Virus record (IMG/VR): IMGVR_UViG_3300032053_000067
Location: 1,085 to 65,084 of that record
Reading direction: 5' to 3' (one strand)
Length of the DNA: 64,000 nucleotides
Source: a virus
Taxonomy: Duplodnaviria > Caudoviricetes
Positions 26,977 through 36,622 of this stretch are shown piece by piece. A program made the position numbers and the translations under genes. A model generated the notes under the pieces. It had not been told where the DNA came from. It was given only the letters and a program-made list of their open reading frames with translations, and searched no databases. Within the stretch, counting starts at the first letter, position 1, and each line of letters begins with the position of its first letter.

Positions 26977-29217
26977 ATGGGATTTCTACCCGATGATGAC
27001 CGGCTGTTAAGACCACGCGCTGACGCGATGTCTGCGCCGCTGGCGCCTCCTCTGCCCACCCAGCAGCAATCCCCGATGCCTGTAGCGATATCCGCTACGC
27101 CCACGGGCATACAGGCGCCGATAGCGCTTCCACCCGGCCCGCCTGAGCCCCCTACCGGCGACGAGCAGCGGTTCCAGGACCTGCTCAGTACGCATATCCA
27201 ATCTTGTTTTGCCGTGGCCAAGGCCCACAAAGATTCCTACATCACCCCGATTTTGCAGGATTGTCTACGCCGGCGCAAGGGCGAATACGACCCCGCGATT
27301 CTCGCCCAGATACAAGAGGCCGGCGGGACGCAGACTTATCACAATCTTACCGAGACCAAATGCGATGCACTCGAGGCGTGGGTCCAAGATGTGTTCCTCG
27401 AAACCAACGACCGGCCGTGGACGTTGACGCCATCGCCGATCCCCACGTTGCCGCCTCAAGTCCTGCAGGGCATCCAGGAGGCCGTCGTTGACCAGTTCCT
27501 TGAGCCATACCGCGTCATGGAGGAGCAGGCGGCTCTACTGCCACTGGCTGAGGCCGACAATCTCCGCCGGCAACTCGCCAAACAGGTCCAGCAGGCCGCC
27601 GTCCAGATGGCCGACCAAGTCCGCAAAGCCGTGGACGAAGAGGCTAAAAAACGGTGTGACGAATTAACTGAGGCAATCGCCGATCTCCTCGCTGAGGGCG
27701 GGTGGAAACAGGCCATGCGCGGCGTGATCCACAACCTCGCCACCTTCCCGATGGCTATTATCAAAGGCCCGATTCTTCAGGGCCGACGCCGGCAGCATTG
27801 GGAAGACGGGGGCACTGCCAGCGTCGTCGACGAGCCGATCCTAACATTCTCATGTCCAAGCCCGTTTGATATCTACCCAAGCCCGAGCGCCGAGTTTTTA
27901 GGCGACGACTGGCTGATTCAGCGGGTGCGCTTCAATGTGGGGGATTTGGAGACCGAGTCTAAAGCCTCTGGTTGGATCTGGCCGCGCGTCAAACAGGTCA
28001 TCGACGAGTTCATTAAGACCAATGCGCCGCCGGCTCCTCCCGCCGATACCCAGGACAGCACCCAGGCAACCCTCGAGCGGCGCCCGATGAGCCCACAGGG
28101 ATTCACCAACAAAGTAGAGGCGCTCGAATGGTGGGGGCCCGTTCCTGGCAAGATGCTTCTCGATTGGGCGGCGTCTAACAAACGTACACTCGAGCAGTTT
28201 GGTTTTAAAAACATTCGCGAGGATCGCTGGTATCCGATCACCGCGGTTTACATGGGATCTTGGGTCGTCAAAACGGGACCCGTGCTCGACCCGCAAGGCG
28301 AACTGCCGTTCAACGGCGCATCGTTCTCGCTGATCCCCGGCTCACTCTGGGGTAAATCGCCCGCCGAGAAGCTTAAGGACGTCCAGGACTCATACAATTC
28401 CGCTAACCGCGCCATCGACAACAACGCTGCTTATGCCTCTCGCCCAATGATTGCCTACGATGTCAGCGGTGGGACGCCGCCTCAGCGTGTCGTCCCGGGC
28501 ATGGTGCTCCACTACGACGGCGCCTTGACTGGCGGCCGCAACCCGGTCACGTTTTTCCACCCCGCCGCCAACGTCGAAGCGTTTCTAGTTATCTCCACAA
28601 AACGCTCGGAAGAGGCCGACGACCGTGTTGGTATCCCCAAATACACCTATGGCAACGAGCAAGTCGGCGGCGCCGGCGAGACCGCGTCCGGGCTTGCCAT
28701 GCTCATGGGGCAGGGGTCAAAGCAAATCAAGCGCGTCATCGCCGGCATCGATGAGGATATCCAGTGTCCGGCCTTGTCGAGGCTCATCCGTTTCTCCAAC
28801 GCCTACAGTGCCGATCCCAAACTCAAGGGGGATGTGCAGGTACAAGCTCACGGGGCGCTCAAGACCCTGACCAAAGACACTGCTGGGATGCGGCAGACCG
28901 AGTATCTCGGGCTCGCGGCATCTCCCGTGTTTGGTCGCTTTTTCACCGACGCGGGTATCGCTTTCACCTTGAGGCTGTTGGCGACGCGCAACGACTTGCC
29001 TGGCGACAAACTCGTCAAGTCTGACGAGCAGATTCAGGCCGAGGCCCAGGCACAGATGTTGGCCATGGCGGAACAGCAGGCTGTGGAAACTACTCAAGCC
29101 CAGGCAGGTGGCAAACCTGCATCGAAACCCAAGCCCGCGTCTCAACCCAATCCCAAAGAAGGTCCGACGAAACCGCAACTGGCGCAACCCGCCAACCAGA
29201 TAAGGCCCGTGGAATGA
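26977..29217 (+). CDS. Portal protein
   Basis: About 745 aa; CLRRRKGEYDP, SPFDIYPSP, VEALEWWG, PGSLWGKS, GAGETASGLAMLM, KGDVQVQAHG; first gene of the head module. Exact start uncertain. Confidence 0.85.
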   Translation: MGFLPDDDRLLRPRADAMSAPLAPPLPTQQQSPMPVAISATPTGIQAPIALPPGPPEPPTGDEQRFQDLLSTHIQSCFAVAKAHKDSYITPILQDCLRRRKGEYDPAILAQIQEAGGTQTYHNLTETKCDALEAWVQDVFLETNDRPWTLTPSPIPTLPPQVLQGIQEAVVDQFLEPYRVMEEQAALLPLAEADNLRRQLAKQVQQAAVQMADQVRKAVDEEAKKRCDELTEAIADLLAEGGWKQAMRGVIHNLATFPMAIIKGPILQGRRRQHWEDGGTASVVDEPILTFSCPSPFDIYPSPSAEFLGDDWLIQRVRFNVGDLETESKASGWIWPRVKQVIDEFIKTNAPPAPPADTQDSTQATLERRPMSPQGFTNKVEALEWWGPVPGKMLLDWAASNKRTLEQFGFKNIREDRWYPITAVYMGSWVVKTGPVLDPQGELPFNGASFSLIPGSLWGKSPAEKLKDVQDSYNSANRAIDNNAAYASRPMIAYDVSGGTPPQRVVPGMVLHYDGALTGGRNPVTFFHPAANVEAFLVISTKRSEEADDRVGIPKYTYGNEQVGGAGETASGLAMLMGQGSKQIKRVIAGIDEDIQCPALSRLIRFSNAYSADPKLKGDVQVQAHGALKTLTKDTAGMRQTEYLGLAASPVFGRFFTDAGIAFTLRLLATRNDLPGDKLVKSDEQIQAEAQAQMLAMAEQQAVETTQAQAGGKPASKPKPASQPNPKEGPTKPQLAQPANQIRPVE

Positions 29218-29462
29218 TGAAAACTTTTGACAAAGCCCAACTCGATCACGTGCTCAACCGACTCAAGCACGATGACGGGCTACGCATCTTCTACGACTGG
29301 CTCCAAGCGCGGCGCGACCGGTATCACGCGATATGGGACGCAAACAACGATTGTGCCCCGCAACTCCAAGGGCAGGCGCACGAGCTAACCGAAATCTTCA
29401 ATGAGATTGACGCGGCGGTAGCAAGACGTTATCTGCCGCCTACTGCCGAAAATGACGGCTAA
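29214..29462 (+). CDS. Small conserved head-module protein
   Basis: LQGQAHELTEI motif; typical position between portal and scaffold. Confidence 0.7.
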   Translation: MMKTFDKAQLDHVLNRLKHDDGLRIFYDWLQARRDRYHAIWDANNDCAPQLQGQAHELTEIFNEIDAAVARRYLPPTAENDG

Positions 29463-29530
29463 ATCCGCGGGGGTTCTCGCGGTAGCAAATAGATTGCGCG
29501 GGGGTTCTGCGCAGAACCAGGAGAACGAAC

Positions 29531-30253
29531 ATGGTGAACAGCATGACAAACGACGCCGCTTCGGGGGTTCCGAGCGAGCGACTCGAAGACCAGGTGGCGC
29601 ACTTGACTGCTCAGGTCAAGCAACTCGCGGCGCAACGAGAGGCGGAAGCGCAGCCAGACGCGCTTACAGCCGAAGAACTCGCCGCAAAGTACCACCTCCT
29701 ACCCGAACATCTCGAAGCGGGAGCGCCCGCAATCAATGCGGCGGCGCATGTTGCCGCCCAGAAAGCGCGGGAAGCGATTCGCACAGAGGTCACGGGGCTT
29801 CGACAGGAGTTTGAGCAAAAGACCGAGACCGCCCTCGAGGACGTGTTTCAGGCAGATATGGCCCGGTTAGCCCCGGGTTGGCCGGCCATCAATGCGACAC
29901 CGGAGTTTAACGATTGGCTGAAAGCCACGGGCAAATATGCTGAACTACGCGAGGCGCGTGACGCCTACAGCGCGGCAGGCTGCGCCCAGGTTTTCAAAGA
30001 CTACGTGGCGGCAAAAGCCAAACTTGACGGACAGCGGCACGCCGATTGGGACGTGCCGGGAGGCGCGCAAAACTCAATGTTGCCACGCCAAGTCCCCGAT
30101 CAGCCCACAGGAGACATCCCGGGTCCGGTTTACTCGACTGACCAGGTCTTGCTGTTCCTCGACGAGTATGCAAAGGGTCTCCACCCGACCGTGGAAGACG
30201 CCAAAACATTCAGGGAAATCAACAAAGCAGTTCAAGAAGGACGCGTGAAGTAG
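29531..30253 (+). CDS. Putative capsid scaffolding protein
   Basis: Helical, PGWPAINATPEFNDWL, ends EINKAVQEGRVK; directly upstream of capsid. Confidence 0.75.
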   Translation: MVNSMTNDAASGVPSERLEDQVAHLTAQVKQLAAQREAEAQPDALTAEELAAKYHLLPEHLEAGAPAINAAAHVAAQKAREAIRTEVTGLRQEFEQKTETALEDVFQADMARLAPGWPAINATPEFNDWLKATGKYAELREARDAYSAAGCAQVFKDYVAAKAKLDGQRHADWDVPGGAQNSMLPRQVPDQPTGDIPGPVYSTDQVLLFLDEYAKGLHPTVEDAKTFREINKAVQEGRVK

Positions 30254-30287
30254 TGCTTCGCGTCTGGTGCGCGTCGGGAGAACCGAC

Positions 30288-31250
30288 ATGGCATTTCCAA
30301 CATTGGGTAGTTTCCCGGTAGCCGCGGGCTGGCCGGATCGACATGGGCTACAGATCGCGACGATCTGGTCCAAGCAGGTCGCGGCGTTGTTCCGCGAGAA
30401 AACCATTCTCAGTTCGATCTCGACATCGAAGTATGAAGGTGAGATCAAAAACAAGGGCGACAATCTCATCATCCCGAAAGAGATGGATGTGACGATTCGC
30501 GAGTACGTCGAGGGACAACCCCTCGTGTACGAAAACCCGGAAGGCGAGACCATCACGCTCACCGTGGACAAGGCGGACTACTGGGGTGTGAAACGCGGCA
30601 TCGTCGAGAAGTCCATGATGTACATGGACTGGATGCCGAAATGGGCGGTAACGGCCGCGGACAAGCTCAAGATCCGTGTCGACCGCCGTGTGCTGGCGTG
30701 GTTGCCGGCGCAGGTGTCCGCGTTGAACCAAGGAATCGTGGCCGGCAAAGATTCGGCCAGCGTCAACCTGGGCGCAATCGGCGCTACGGTCGGCATCACC
30801 AAACTGAACGCGGTAGACGTGATCGCGGTGTGTGAACAGGTGTTAGATGAGCAGAACGCTCTGGACGTGGGCCGGTACATCGTCATCCCGCCCCCGTTCA
30901 ACACGCGGTTGGTCACGTCCGAACTCAAGAATGTCTACGTCACCGGCGATTCGCAATCTCCGCTGCGGAACGGCCGGCTCGGCGACATCCTCAAGTTCCA
31001 GGTTCTCAAGTCGAACCTGATGAGTCACGCCCCTGACGGCAGCGGCGTGGAAGCGTGGAACGTACTGTTTGGGTGGTCCGAAGCCCTGGCGTTCGCGCAA
31101 ACCATCACCGAGACCAACGTCATCGAGAACGCCGAATCGTTTTTCGGCTCCCTGATGCGCGGGCTCCAAGTGTACGGCTACAAAGTCACGAACCCCGAGT
31201 TGATCGGCAACCTCTACTGCAACTTCGAAGGTGCGGTAGTCGGGTCGTAG
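30288..31250 (+). CDS. Major capsid protein
   Basis: IWSKQV...YEGEIKNKGD, LTVDKADY, LDEQN...GRYIVIPP, LMRGLQVYGYKV. Confidence 0.9.
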   Translation: MAFPTLGSFPVAAGWPDRHGLQIATIWSKQVAALFREKTILSSISTSKYEGEIKNKGDNLIIPKEMDVTIREYVEGQPLVYENPEGETITLTVDKADYWGVKRGIVEKSMMYMDWMPKWAVTAADKLKIRVDRRVLAWLPAQVSALNQGIVAGKDSASVNLGAIGATVGITKLNAVDVIAVCEQVLDEQNALDVGRYIVIPPPFNTRLVTSELKNVYVTGDSQSPLRNGRLGDILKFQVLKSNLMSHAPDGSGVEAWNVLFGWSEALAFAQTITETNVIENAESFFGSLMRGLQVYGYKVTNPELIGNLYCNFEGAVVGS

Positions 31251-31261
31251 GCAAAAACCAC

Positions 31262-31291
31262 GGGTCCGGCGGGCATGGTCTCGCCGGACCC
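31262..31291 (+). terminator. Strong hairpin after capsid gene (attenuator or mRNA stabiliser)
   Basis: GGGTCCGGCGGG...TCGCCGGACCC; no U-tract. Confidence 0.45.
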
Positions 31292-31310
31292 TGATGAAGG
31301 AGATCGAGTT

Positions 31311-31763
31311 ATGGCGGTTATTGATTTGACAAAACTCGTCGGCGCGATGGTTCAGACGCACAGTTCCTTCGGCGTGCTCACAAAGCGCGTGGACCTGTCC
31401 GTCTACCCGTTGGCGGCAGGCGACGTGCTCCGGTTGTTCGACCGGCCACTAGGATCGTTCCCTATGGCGATCAGCGCGAAAGTGCGGACAGCCGACAGCG
31501 TTGCTGCAGCCACCGTGGATATTGGCTTGTACGACGCGGACGACGACGTTGACGACGCGGACGCCTTCCTCAATGAGCTCACGATTGGCGTCGCGGACTC
31601 GGAGGGACACCGTAGACCTATCCTGGCAATGGGGCCGCAAACGCACCCGCAGTATATCGGCATGTCCCAAGGCGCTGGCGGCGGCGGCGTCGAGTTCAAC
31701 GACGCGGTTATCGACATTTCGGTAGCCGTAATCGACCTGACAATGTACGACAGCGTCGAGTAA
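31311..31763 (+). CDS. Putative capsid decoration/minor head protein
   Basis: AAGGAG SD; beta-rich, LAAGDVLRL...TVDIG; follows the capsid gene. Confidence 0.7.
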   Translation: MAVIDLTKLVGAMVQTHSSFGVLTKRVDLSVYPLAAGDVLRLFDRPLGSFPMAISAKVRTADSVAAATVDIGLYDADDDVDDADAFLNELTIGVADSEGHRRPILAMGPQTHPQYIGMSQGAGGGGVEFNDAVIDISVAVIDLTMYDSVE

Positions 31764-31781
31764 CCCTGACTAACTGAATCG

Positions 31782-31811
31782 GGGCGGCCTGGTCGAATGG
31801 CTGGGCCGCCC
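31782..31811 (+). terminator. Hairpin after head genes
   Basis: GGGCGGCCTGGTC-GAAT-GGCTGGGCCGCCC; weak U-tract. Confidence 0.5.
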
Positions 31812-31825
31812 ATAACCCGAAAGGC

Positions 31826-33406
31826 GTGACCGTGGGTACGGCGATAGATACCGACGTGCGCGACATCGAGGAGGGGTTTATCCTCCGCGATCTTGCGTTC
31901 GGTGGGATCACCATACCCAGAGTCAGGCCGACTCAGTACGTGCCAGACCCCGTTCTCGCTGACTTTCAAGCCGACAACGACTCGTTTGTCCGCATGATCA
32001 TGGGGCCGATAGGTTCGGGTAAAAGCGCCTGTTGCGCGGTCGAGGTTTTGAAACGGGCGAGCCAACAGCGAGTCAACCGCGACGGCGTGCGACGCAGCAA
32101 GTGGGCGATCATTCGGCAGACGGCCCCGATGCTGAAAAGCACGACAATCCCCACGTGGTTGCAATGGTGCGACTCTATCGTGATTTACGACTCGCCGATC
32201 CGCACGTTCTACCAAGCGTTGTTGCCCGACGGCACACGTATGGAACTTCAAATCTACTTTTTGGCTATGCAACATTCGGCGGATGTCGAGCGCGTGATGA
32301 GCCTCGAACTTACGGGCGCATGGATGAACGAGGTCCGCGAGATCCCGAAACCTATCGTGGACGGGGTGTGCGGCCGTGTTGGCCGGTTTCCCAGCAAGCG
32401 GGAAGGCGGGTTCAACTGGTCTGGCGTGATTGCCGACACCAATCCCCCGCCAGCGGAGCATTGGTATCACCGGCTGGCCGAAGAGAAGCAGCCGACGGGT
32501 TGGCGGTTTTTCCGGCAGCCGGGTGCGTTGCTCAAAGTCGTTCGCGGGAAACACGTCCGCTATATCGACAACCCCGCCGCGGAATGCGTCAAACACCAGG
32601 TACTGGCATACGAATATTGGCGCCGACAACTGGCGGGCAAAGACCCAGACTGGATTCAGGTCTACGTCCTCGGCGAGTACGGGTCAGTGTTTACCGGTAT
32701 GCCCGTGTACGGCGAATGGTGGAGTTCCACTTTCCACGTCTCCGCAAAACCGTTGGAAGTCTACCGCGGCCTGCCCCTGTATTTTGGGTGGGACTTTGGG
32801 TTGACGCCGGCCACAATCGTCTTCCAGGTTACGCCGCGCGGTCAAGTGCGGGCGTTACGCGAGTTTTGTTGCCCGGACGGGGGATTAAAACAGTTTTGCC
32901 AGCAGGTCGTGTTACCGGCGATTGCCCGCGATTTCGGGTCAATGCCCCGGCGCAGTTGGGCTGATCCGGCGGGCGCGGATCGTAGTCAAGCCGACGAAAA
33001 GACGTGCATTGGCATCCTTGGTTATCCAGGGGTCAACCCCGATGGCACTCAAAAAGGTCTCGGGTTCAACTGCCTGCCTGCGCCGGTACCCGGCAACCGG
33101 TTTGAGTTACGGCGCGACGCTGTGATCGGCGCGTTGAGCCGGGTTGTCGACGGCGAGCCGGGCCTACTAGTAGACCCGAGTTGCACGATGCTAATCCGTG
33201 GGTTTGCGGGCGGCTACCAGTTTGCCCGAGTGCGTATCGAAGAAGGGGAAGAGATATTCCGGTACGTCCCCAACAAAAACCCGTTCAGCCATCCTCACGA
33301 CGCATTGCAGTACGGCATTTTAGGGGCGTGTTCGCCTGAAGCCGTTGTGACTACTCGAGCGAAATCCAAAGTTGCCCAGCCTCCGGAAGCGTGGGGCGGG
33401 ATTTAA
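31826..33406 (+). CDS. terL: Terminase large subunit
   Basis: MGPIGSGKS Walker A, SLELTGAWMNE Walker B, DTNPP, nuclease GWDFGLTPA, ADPAG and SHPHDALQY. Confidence 0.93.
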   Translation: MTVGTAIDTDVRDIEEGFILRDLAFGGITIPRVRPTQYVPDPVLADFQADNDSFVRMIMGPIGSGKSACCAVEVLKRASQQRVNRDGVRRSKWAIIRQTAPMLKSTTIPTWLQWCDSIVIYDSPIRTFYQALLPDGTRMELQIYFLAMQHSADVERVMSLELTGAWMNEVREIPKPIVDGVCGRVGRFPSKREGGFNWSGVIADTNPPPAEHWYHRLAEEKQPTGWRFFRQPGALLKVVRGKHVRYIDNPAAECVKHQVLAYEYWRRQLAGKDPDWIQVYVLGEYGSVFTGMPVYGEWWSSTFHVSAKPLEVYRGLPLYFGWDFGLTPATIVFQVTPRGQVRALREFCCPDGGLKQFCQQVVLPAIARDFGSMPRRSWADPAGADRSQADEKTCIGILGYPGVNPDGTQKGLGFNCLPAPVPGNRFELRRDAVIGALSRVVDGEPGLLVDPSCTMLIRGFAGGYQFARVRIEEGEEIFRYVPNKNPFSHPHDALQYGILGACSPEAVVTTRAKSKVAQPPEAWGGI

Positions 33407-33424
33407 CCGAGAAAGGGCAAGACG

Positions 33425-33886
33425 ATGAAGACGATGACAAGATGGATGAAACGGACCAAAGACGGCGTGTGTTTCCAACTTGACCCCGACACGATAAAGG
33501 GTGGCGGGTTTACCGAGGTCAGCCAAGAGGAAGCGGAAGTTACGAGTAAGCGCGGGCGAGTCCCGCCACCGGACCCCCCCAGCGCCATCACCCTGCCACC
33601 GATGGGCGCCATGGCTCCTCCAGAGGAACGGATTCACCTCGATATTCTCAATCCCAGCGAATTTACCGAACCCGTGATCGACCTTGAAAACATCAAAGAA
33701 CCCGCCTACGTCGAGCCGCCAGAAGCCATGCCGGCTGGCGAAAAAGGTTTTGCCGATATGAGCAAAGCCGAACTCGTCGCGTTTGCCAAGAGCACGTATG
33801 GCGTCCAGTTCACTGCCGCCGAGACGAAAGTGAACATGGTCAAGGTGCTCGAAAAACTTAGCACGGATCTCAAACAAGGGGGATGA
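33425..33886 (+). CDS. Hypothetical protein with C-terminal HeH/Rho-N-like motif
   Basis: MSKAELVAFAKSTYGVQF...TKVNMV. Confidence 0.65.
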   Translation: MKTMTRWMKRTKDGVCFQLDPDTIKGGGFTEVSQEEAEVTSKRGRVPPPDPPSAITLPPMGAMAPPEERIHLDILNPSEFTEPVIDLENIKEPAYVEPPEAMPAGEKGFADMSKAELVAFAKSTYGVQFTAAETKVNMVKVLEKLSTDLKQGG

Positions 33887-34137
33887 CCACCATGCCGACA
33901 CGAAATGGGACTAACGGCGGGCCTTCCTGGAAATGGATCGTCGGCGGGTTGATCGCCGTCTTGTTCGCCTTTTCTGGCGCATACATAAAAAACAATGCCG
34001 CCACCGTCGCAGAGATCCAGGTTCGCACCGTCGCTCTTGAAGTATCGATGTCCGCGGTCAAAACAGATCTCAACTACCTAAAAACCGGCGTCGATGACAT
34101 CAAAGCGCTATTACGGACCCAGAAGGGCACGCCATGA
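33883..34137 (+). CDS. Putative holin/membrane protein (one TM plus coiled coil)
   Basis: WKWIVGGLIAVLFAFSGAYI; immediately before the endolysin. Confidence 0.6.
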   Translation: MTTMPTRNGTNGGPSWKWIVGGLIAVLFAFSGAYIKNNAATVAEIQVRTVALEVSMSAVKTDLNYLKTGVDDIKALLRTQKGTP

Positions 34138-34670
34138 CAACCGACAAGTTTGACCGATGTTTTCAGAAACTCCTCATCAATGAGGGAGGGTACGCCCAAT
34201 TGGCCGGCGACCGTGGTGGCCGGACTTGGTACGGGGTCAGCGAACGGCATCAGCCTGAGTATTTTGCCCGCATCTTCGAGGCGCCTACGCCGGAAGCGCG
34301 GGTGGCGATAGCCAAAGACTGCTACCTCAAAGAGTACTGGACGCCGATGTTGTGCGAGCAGTTTCCCGAGCAGTTGGCGTTCCGGCTGTTCGACGCGGCG
34401 GTAGTCGCCGGCAAACACGTGGCGGCACGGTGTCTGCAACAAGCGTGCCTCCTGGCTGGGGCGACCTTGGACGTCGACGGCGTGATGGGACCGCAGACGC
34501 TGGCGGTGGCGCGAAACCTGTATGAGCGGTACGAGCGGAACGTGCTCGGCTGGATGACGTGGTATCTCGGCACACATTTCCAGAACGTAGCGGAACACCC
34601 GGAACAACAAAAGTTTTTGTGGGGTTGGGGTGCTCGACTGATCGAACCTGGCTTGCCACAACGAGGATAG
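34134..34670 (+). CDS. Endolysin, glycoside hydrolase family 108
   Basis: NEGGY...DRGGRTWYGVS, LFDAAV, VDGVMGPQT, KFLWGWGAR. Confidence 0.9.
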   Translation: MTTDKFDRCFQKLLINEGGYAQLAGDRGGRTWYGVSERHQPEYFARIFEAPTPEARVAIAKDCYLKEYWTPMLCEQFPEQLAFRLFDAAVVAGKHVAARCLQQACLLAGATLDVDGVMGPQTLAVARNLYERYERNVLGWMTWYLGTHFQNVAEHPEQQKFLWGWGARLIEPGLPQRG

Positions 34671-34674
34671 AGAC

Positions 34675-34812
34675 GTGCCATTGAAAAAAGGTAGTAGTAA
34701 GAAAGCAATCTCGGACAACATCCGCGAACTGATGCACCACGGCCACCCGCAGAAACAGGCTATTGCTATTGCGATGGACAAAGCCGGCAAAGTGCGCGGC
34801 AAAAAGAAATAA
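34675..34812 (+). CDS. Small basic phage protein (45 aa)
   Basis: Manual translation MPLKKGSSKKAISDNIRELMHHGHPQKQAIAIAMDKAGK; a widespread phage motif. Confidence 0.75.
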   Translation: MPLKKGSSKKAISDNIRELMHHGHPQKQAIAIAMDKAGKVRGKKK

Positions 34813-34827
34813 CCAAGGAGAACAGTC

Positions 34828-35634
34828 ATGAAAGACCTGATTGCGGAGTACGGGCCGGTCCTGTTGGCGGCCATAGTCACGGGGTTACTCACAGCGGTTG
34901 TCACCTGGGCCAAGACGCGCAACGGTTGGTTTGCGAAACTGATCGGCGGCATGGCCGAGATCGCCGTCAACAAACAAGAGACGTTGACCGTTGCGCCGTT
35001 TAAAGCACTGAACAGGGTGGCGAAACTGCCGAAACAACAACAGATTCTCGCTAAAGCGAACGCGATCTCGGATGTGGTAGACGCGCTGACACCATTATTG
35101 GGACCCGTTGCCGCAGAGATAGCGCCTGCGGTCGGCCGCGCCGTTGAAGCAGTGATCGACCGTGTCCACCAGCGGCTGCCAGAAGCCACCAAAGACCGGT
35201 TCAACAAGTTTGGCGTTCTCGTCCTGGTTTTCGCACTCGCCGGCCTTATCGGCGGCGTGTCTTGTGCGACCCTGCCGAAAGGCTGGAACGACAGCAACGC
35301 CCACCAGATGGACCAAGTTGCGGTCGCTTGTGCGGATATCGTCTATGGCCCCGATGGCATCGTAAGCGAAGACCCGGCGATCCATGCGTTGCGTTCGATT
35401 GGGACAATGGGCGCGGGAACGTTCCGTACCGCAGTGAAGGTCGGAAAAAACCGGGAGATGCAACTTCAAGTGGCAGCTTCCGCCATGGACCTCTATGCGC
35501 GAAACAATTACGTCGAGATGTTCCGGGAAACCACGCTGGGCGCGGTGATCCGGGGTAAGACGGGTGTGGCGGCAAACGACGCAGACCAAGTGCTGGGTCT
35601 GCTTTGGGCCGCTTTAAATGACGGTCTTCGCTAA
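34828..35634 (+). CDS. Membrane protein of lysis region with internal lipobox-like motif
   Basis: N-terminal TM; second hydrophobic segment ending GGVSC; AAGGAG SD. Confidence 0.65.
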   Translation: MKDLIAEYGPVLLAAIVTGLLTAVVTWAKTRNGWFAKLIGGMAEIAVNKQETLTVAPFKALNRVAKLPKQQQILAKANAISDVVDALTPLLGPVAAEIAPAVGRAVEAVIDRVHQRLPEATKDRFNKFGVLVLVFALAGLIGGVSCATLPKGWNDSNAHQMDQVAVACADIVYGPDGIVSEDPAIHALRSIGTMGAGTFRTAVKVGKNREMQLQVAASAMDLYARNNYVEMFRETTLGAVIRGKTGVAANDADQVLGLLWAALNDGLR

Positions 35635-35662
35635 AACAGCGAACCAACAAGGAGATACGACA

Positions 35663-36082
35663 ATGAAGACGAAACTCGCATTACTGGTAGTAGTAGCTCT
35701 CGTGGCCCTGGCTGTGTCCGTACCGCTCGGAGACGTGCTCGCAGCGTCCCCGGTCGACCTTGCCAAAGACTTTGCAGTCCGTCAAACAGTGGACGCAACC
35801 GCAGCGGCGCTCGGTGTGTACGGGGAGCCGTGCCGCAACGTCGTGGCGGCAGGTTCTGACTGGAAAGACCCCGGTGTAACGGCGTGGGATTTGGCGGACG
35901 GCGATATCACGGACAAGGTCGTAGTGGATTATGGCGATCTCGATCTACGAAAACCCGGCGTTTACGAAATCACCTACAACGTTATGGATTCCGAGGGCAA
36001 CCCGGCAGTTCAATTCGTGCGGGAGGTAAAGGTCGTTGACCTGGACCCTCCGATCATCATCCCCAAGGGTTGCGACGAATAA
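35663..36082 (+). CDS. Exported DUF5011 (HYR/Ig-like) domain protein
   Basis: Signal peptide; WKDPGVTAWDLADGDITDKV...PGVYEITYNVMDSEGNPA...REVKVVD. Confidence 0.82.
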   Translation: MKTKLALLVVVALVALAVSVPLGDVLAASPVDLAKDFAVRQTVDATAAALGVYGEPCRNVVAAGSDWKDPGVTAWDLADGDITDKVVVDYGDLDLRKPGVYEITYNVMDSEGNPAVQFVREVKVVDLDPPIIIPKGCDE

Positions 36083-36196
36083 TCCTGGTCATCGCGCTCA
36101 GCGTTGTGGGGTTTGTGTGTGTGATTATCGAATGGCTTCTGGTTTTGCGCGGGCGACGGCAATAACCGCGGCCTTGCAAACGTGGAGGGAGACGGA

Positions 36197-36577
36197 ATGG
36201 CAGTGACACTCACGGATACTGGCAAGAAAGCGATCCTCGATGCGTTATGCACATTGCTTGACGCGGGTTCGCTGGTTTTTACCACGGCGGCAGCGGCGGT
36301 AGTAGCGACCATTGCCTTGAATGCGGATGCTTTTGCTGCGGCAACAGGTACGGGGACAGTGACGGCAAACGCCAATGTTAGCCCAATCCTGTTCTGCGCC
36401 GACGCGACTGGCAACGCCAGCCCTATCACGCTCTGCCTGCTCAAAACAGCAGGGGCCGTCGAGTTACTGCGCATGGCCGTGGCGACTTCGGCGGCGGAAG
36501 TGATTTTGTCTTCTACAACGCTTGCGGCGCACGCGACCCTGCTCATCACGGCGATGGAACTTCACTACAACGCATAA
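36197..36577 (+). CDS. Putative virion structural protein (paralog of 36828-37187)
   Basis: Ala/Thr-rich; shares I.DA...L...GS..F...A..V.A......AFAAA. Confidence 0.7.
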   Translation: MAVTLTDTGKKAILDALCTLLDAGSLVFTTAAAAVVATIALNADAFAAATGTGTVTANANVSPILFCADATGNASPITLCLLKTAGAVELLRMAVATSAAEVILSSTTLAAHATLLITAMELHYNA

Positions 36578-36622
36578 TCCGACGCCTCTGCGGAAGGGAC
36601 GTAACACAAAAGGAGCAGCACA

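Noticed and set aside
26831-27016. 61-aa minus-strand ORF
   Set aside because: Lies over the promoter/repeat region; QEWT repeats derive from the DNA repeat; no SD.
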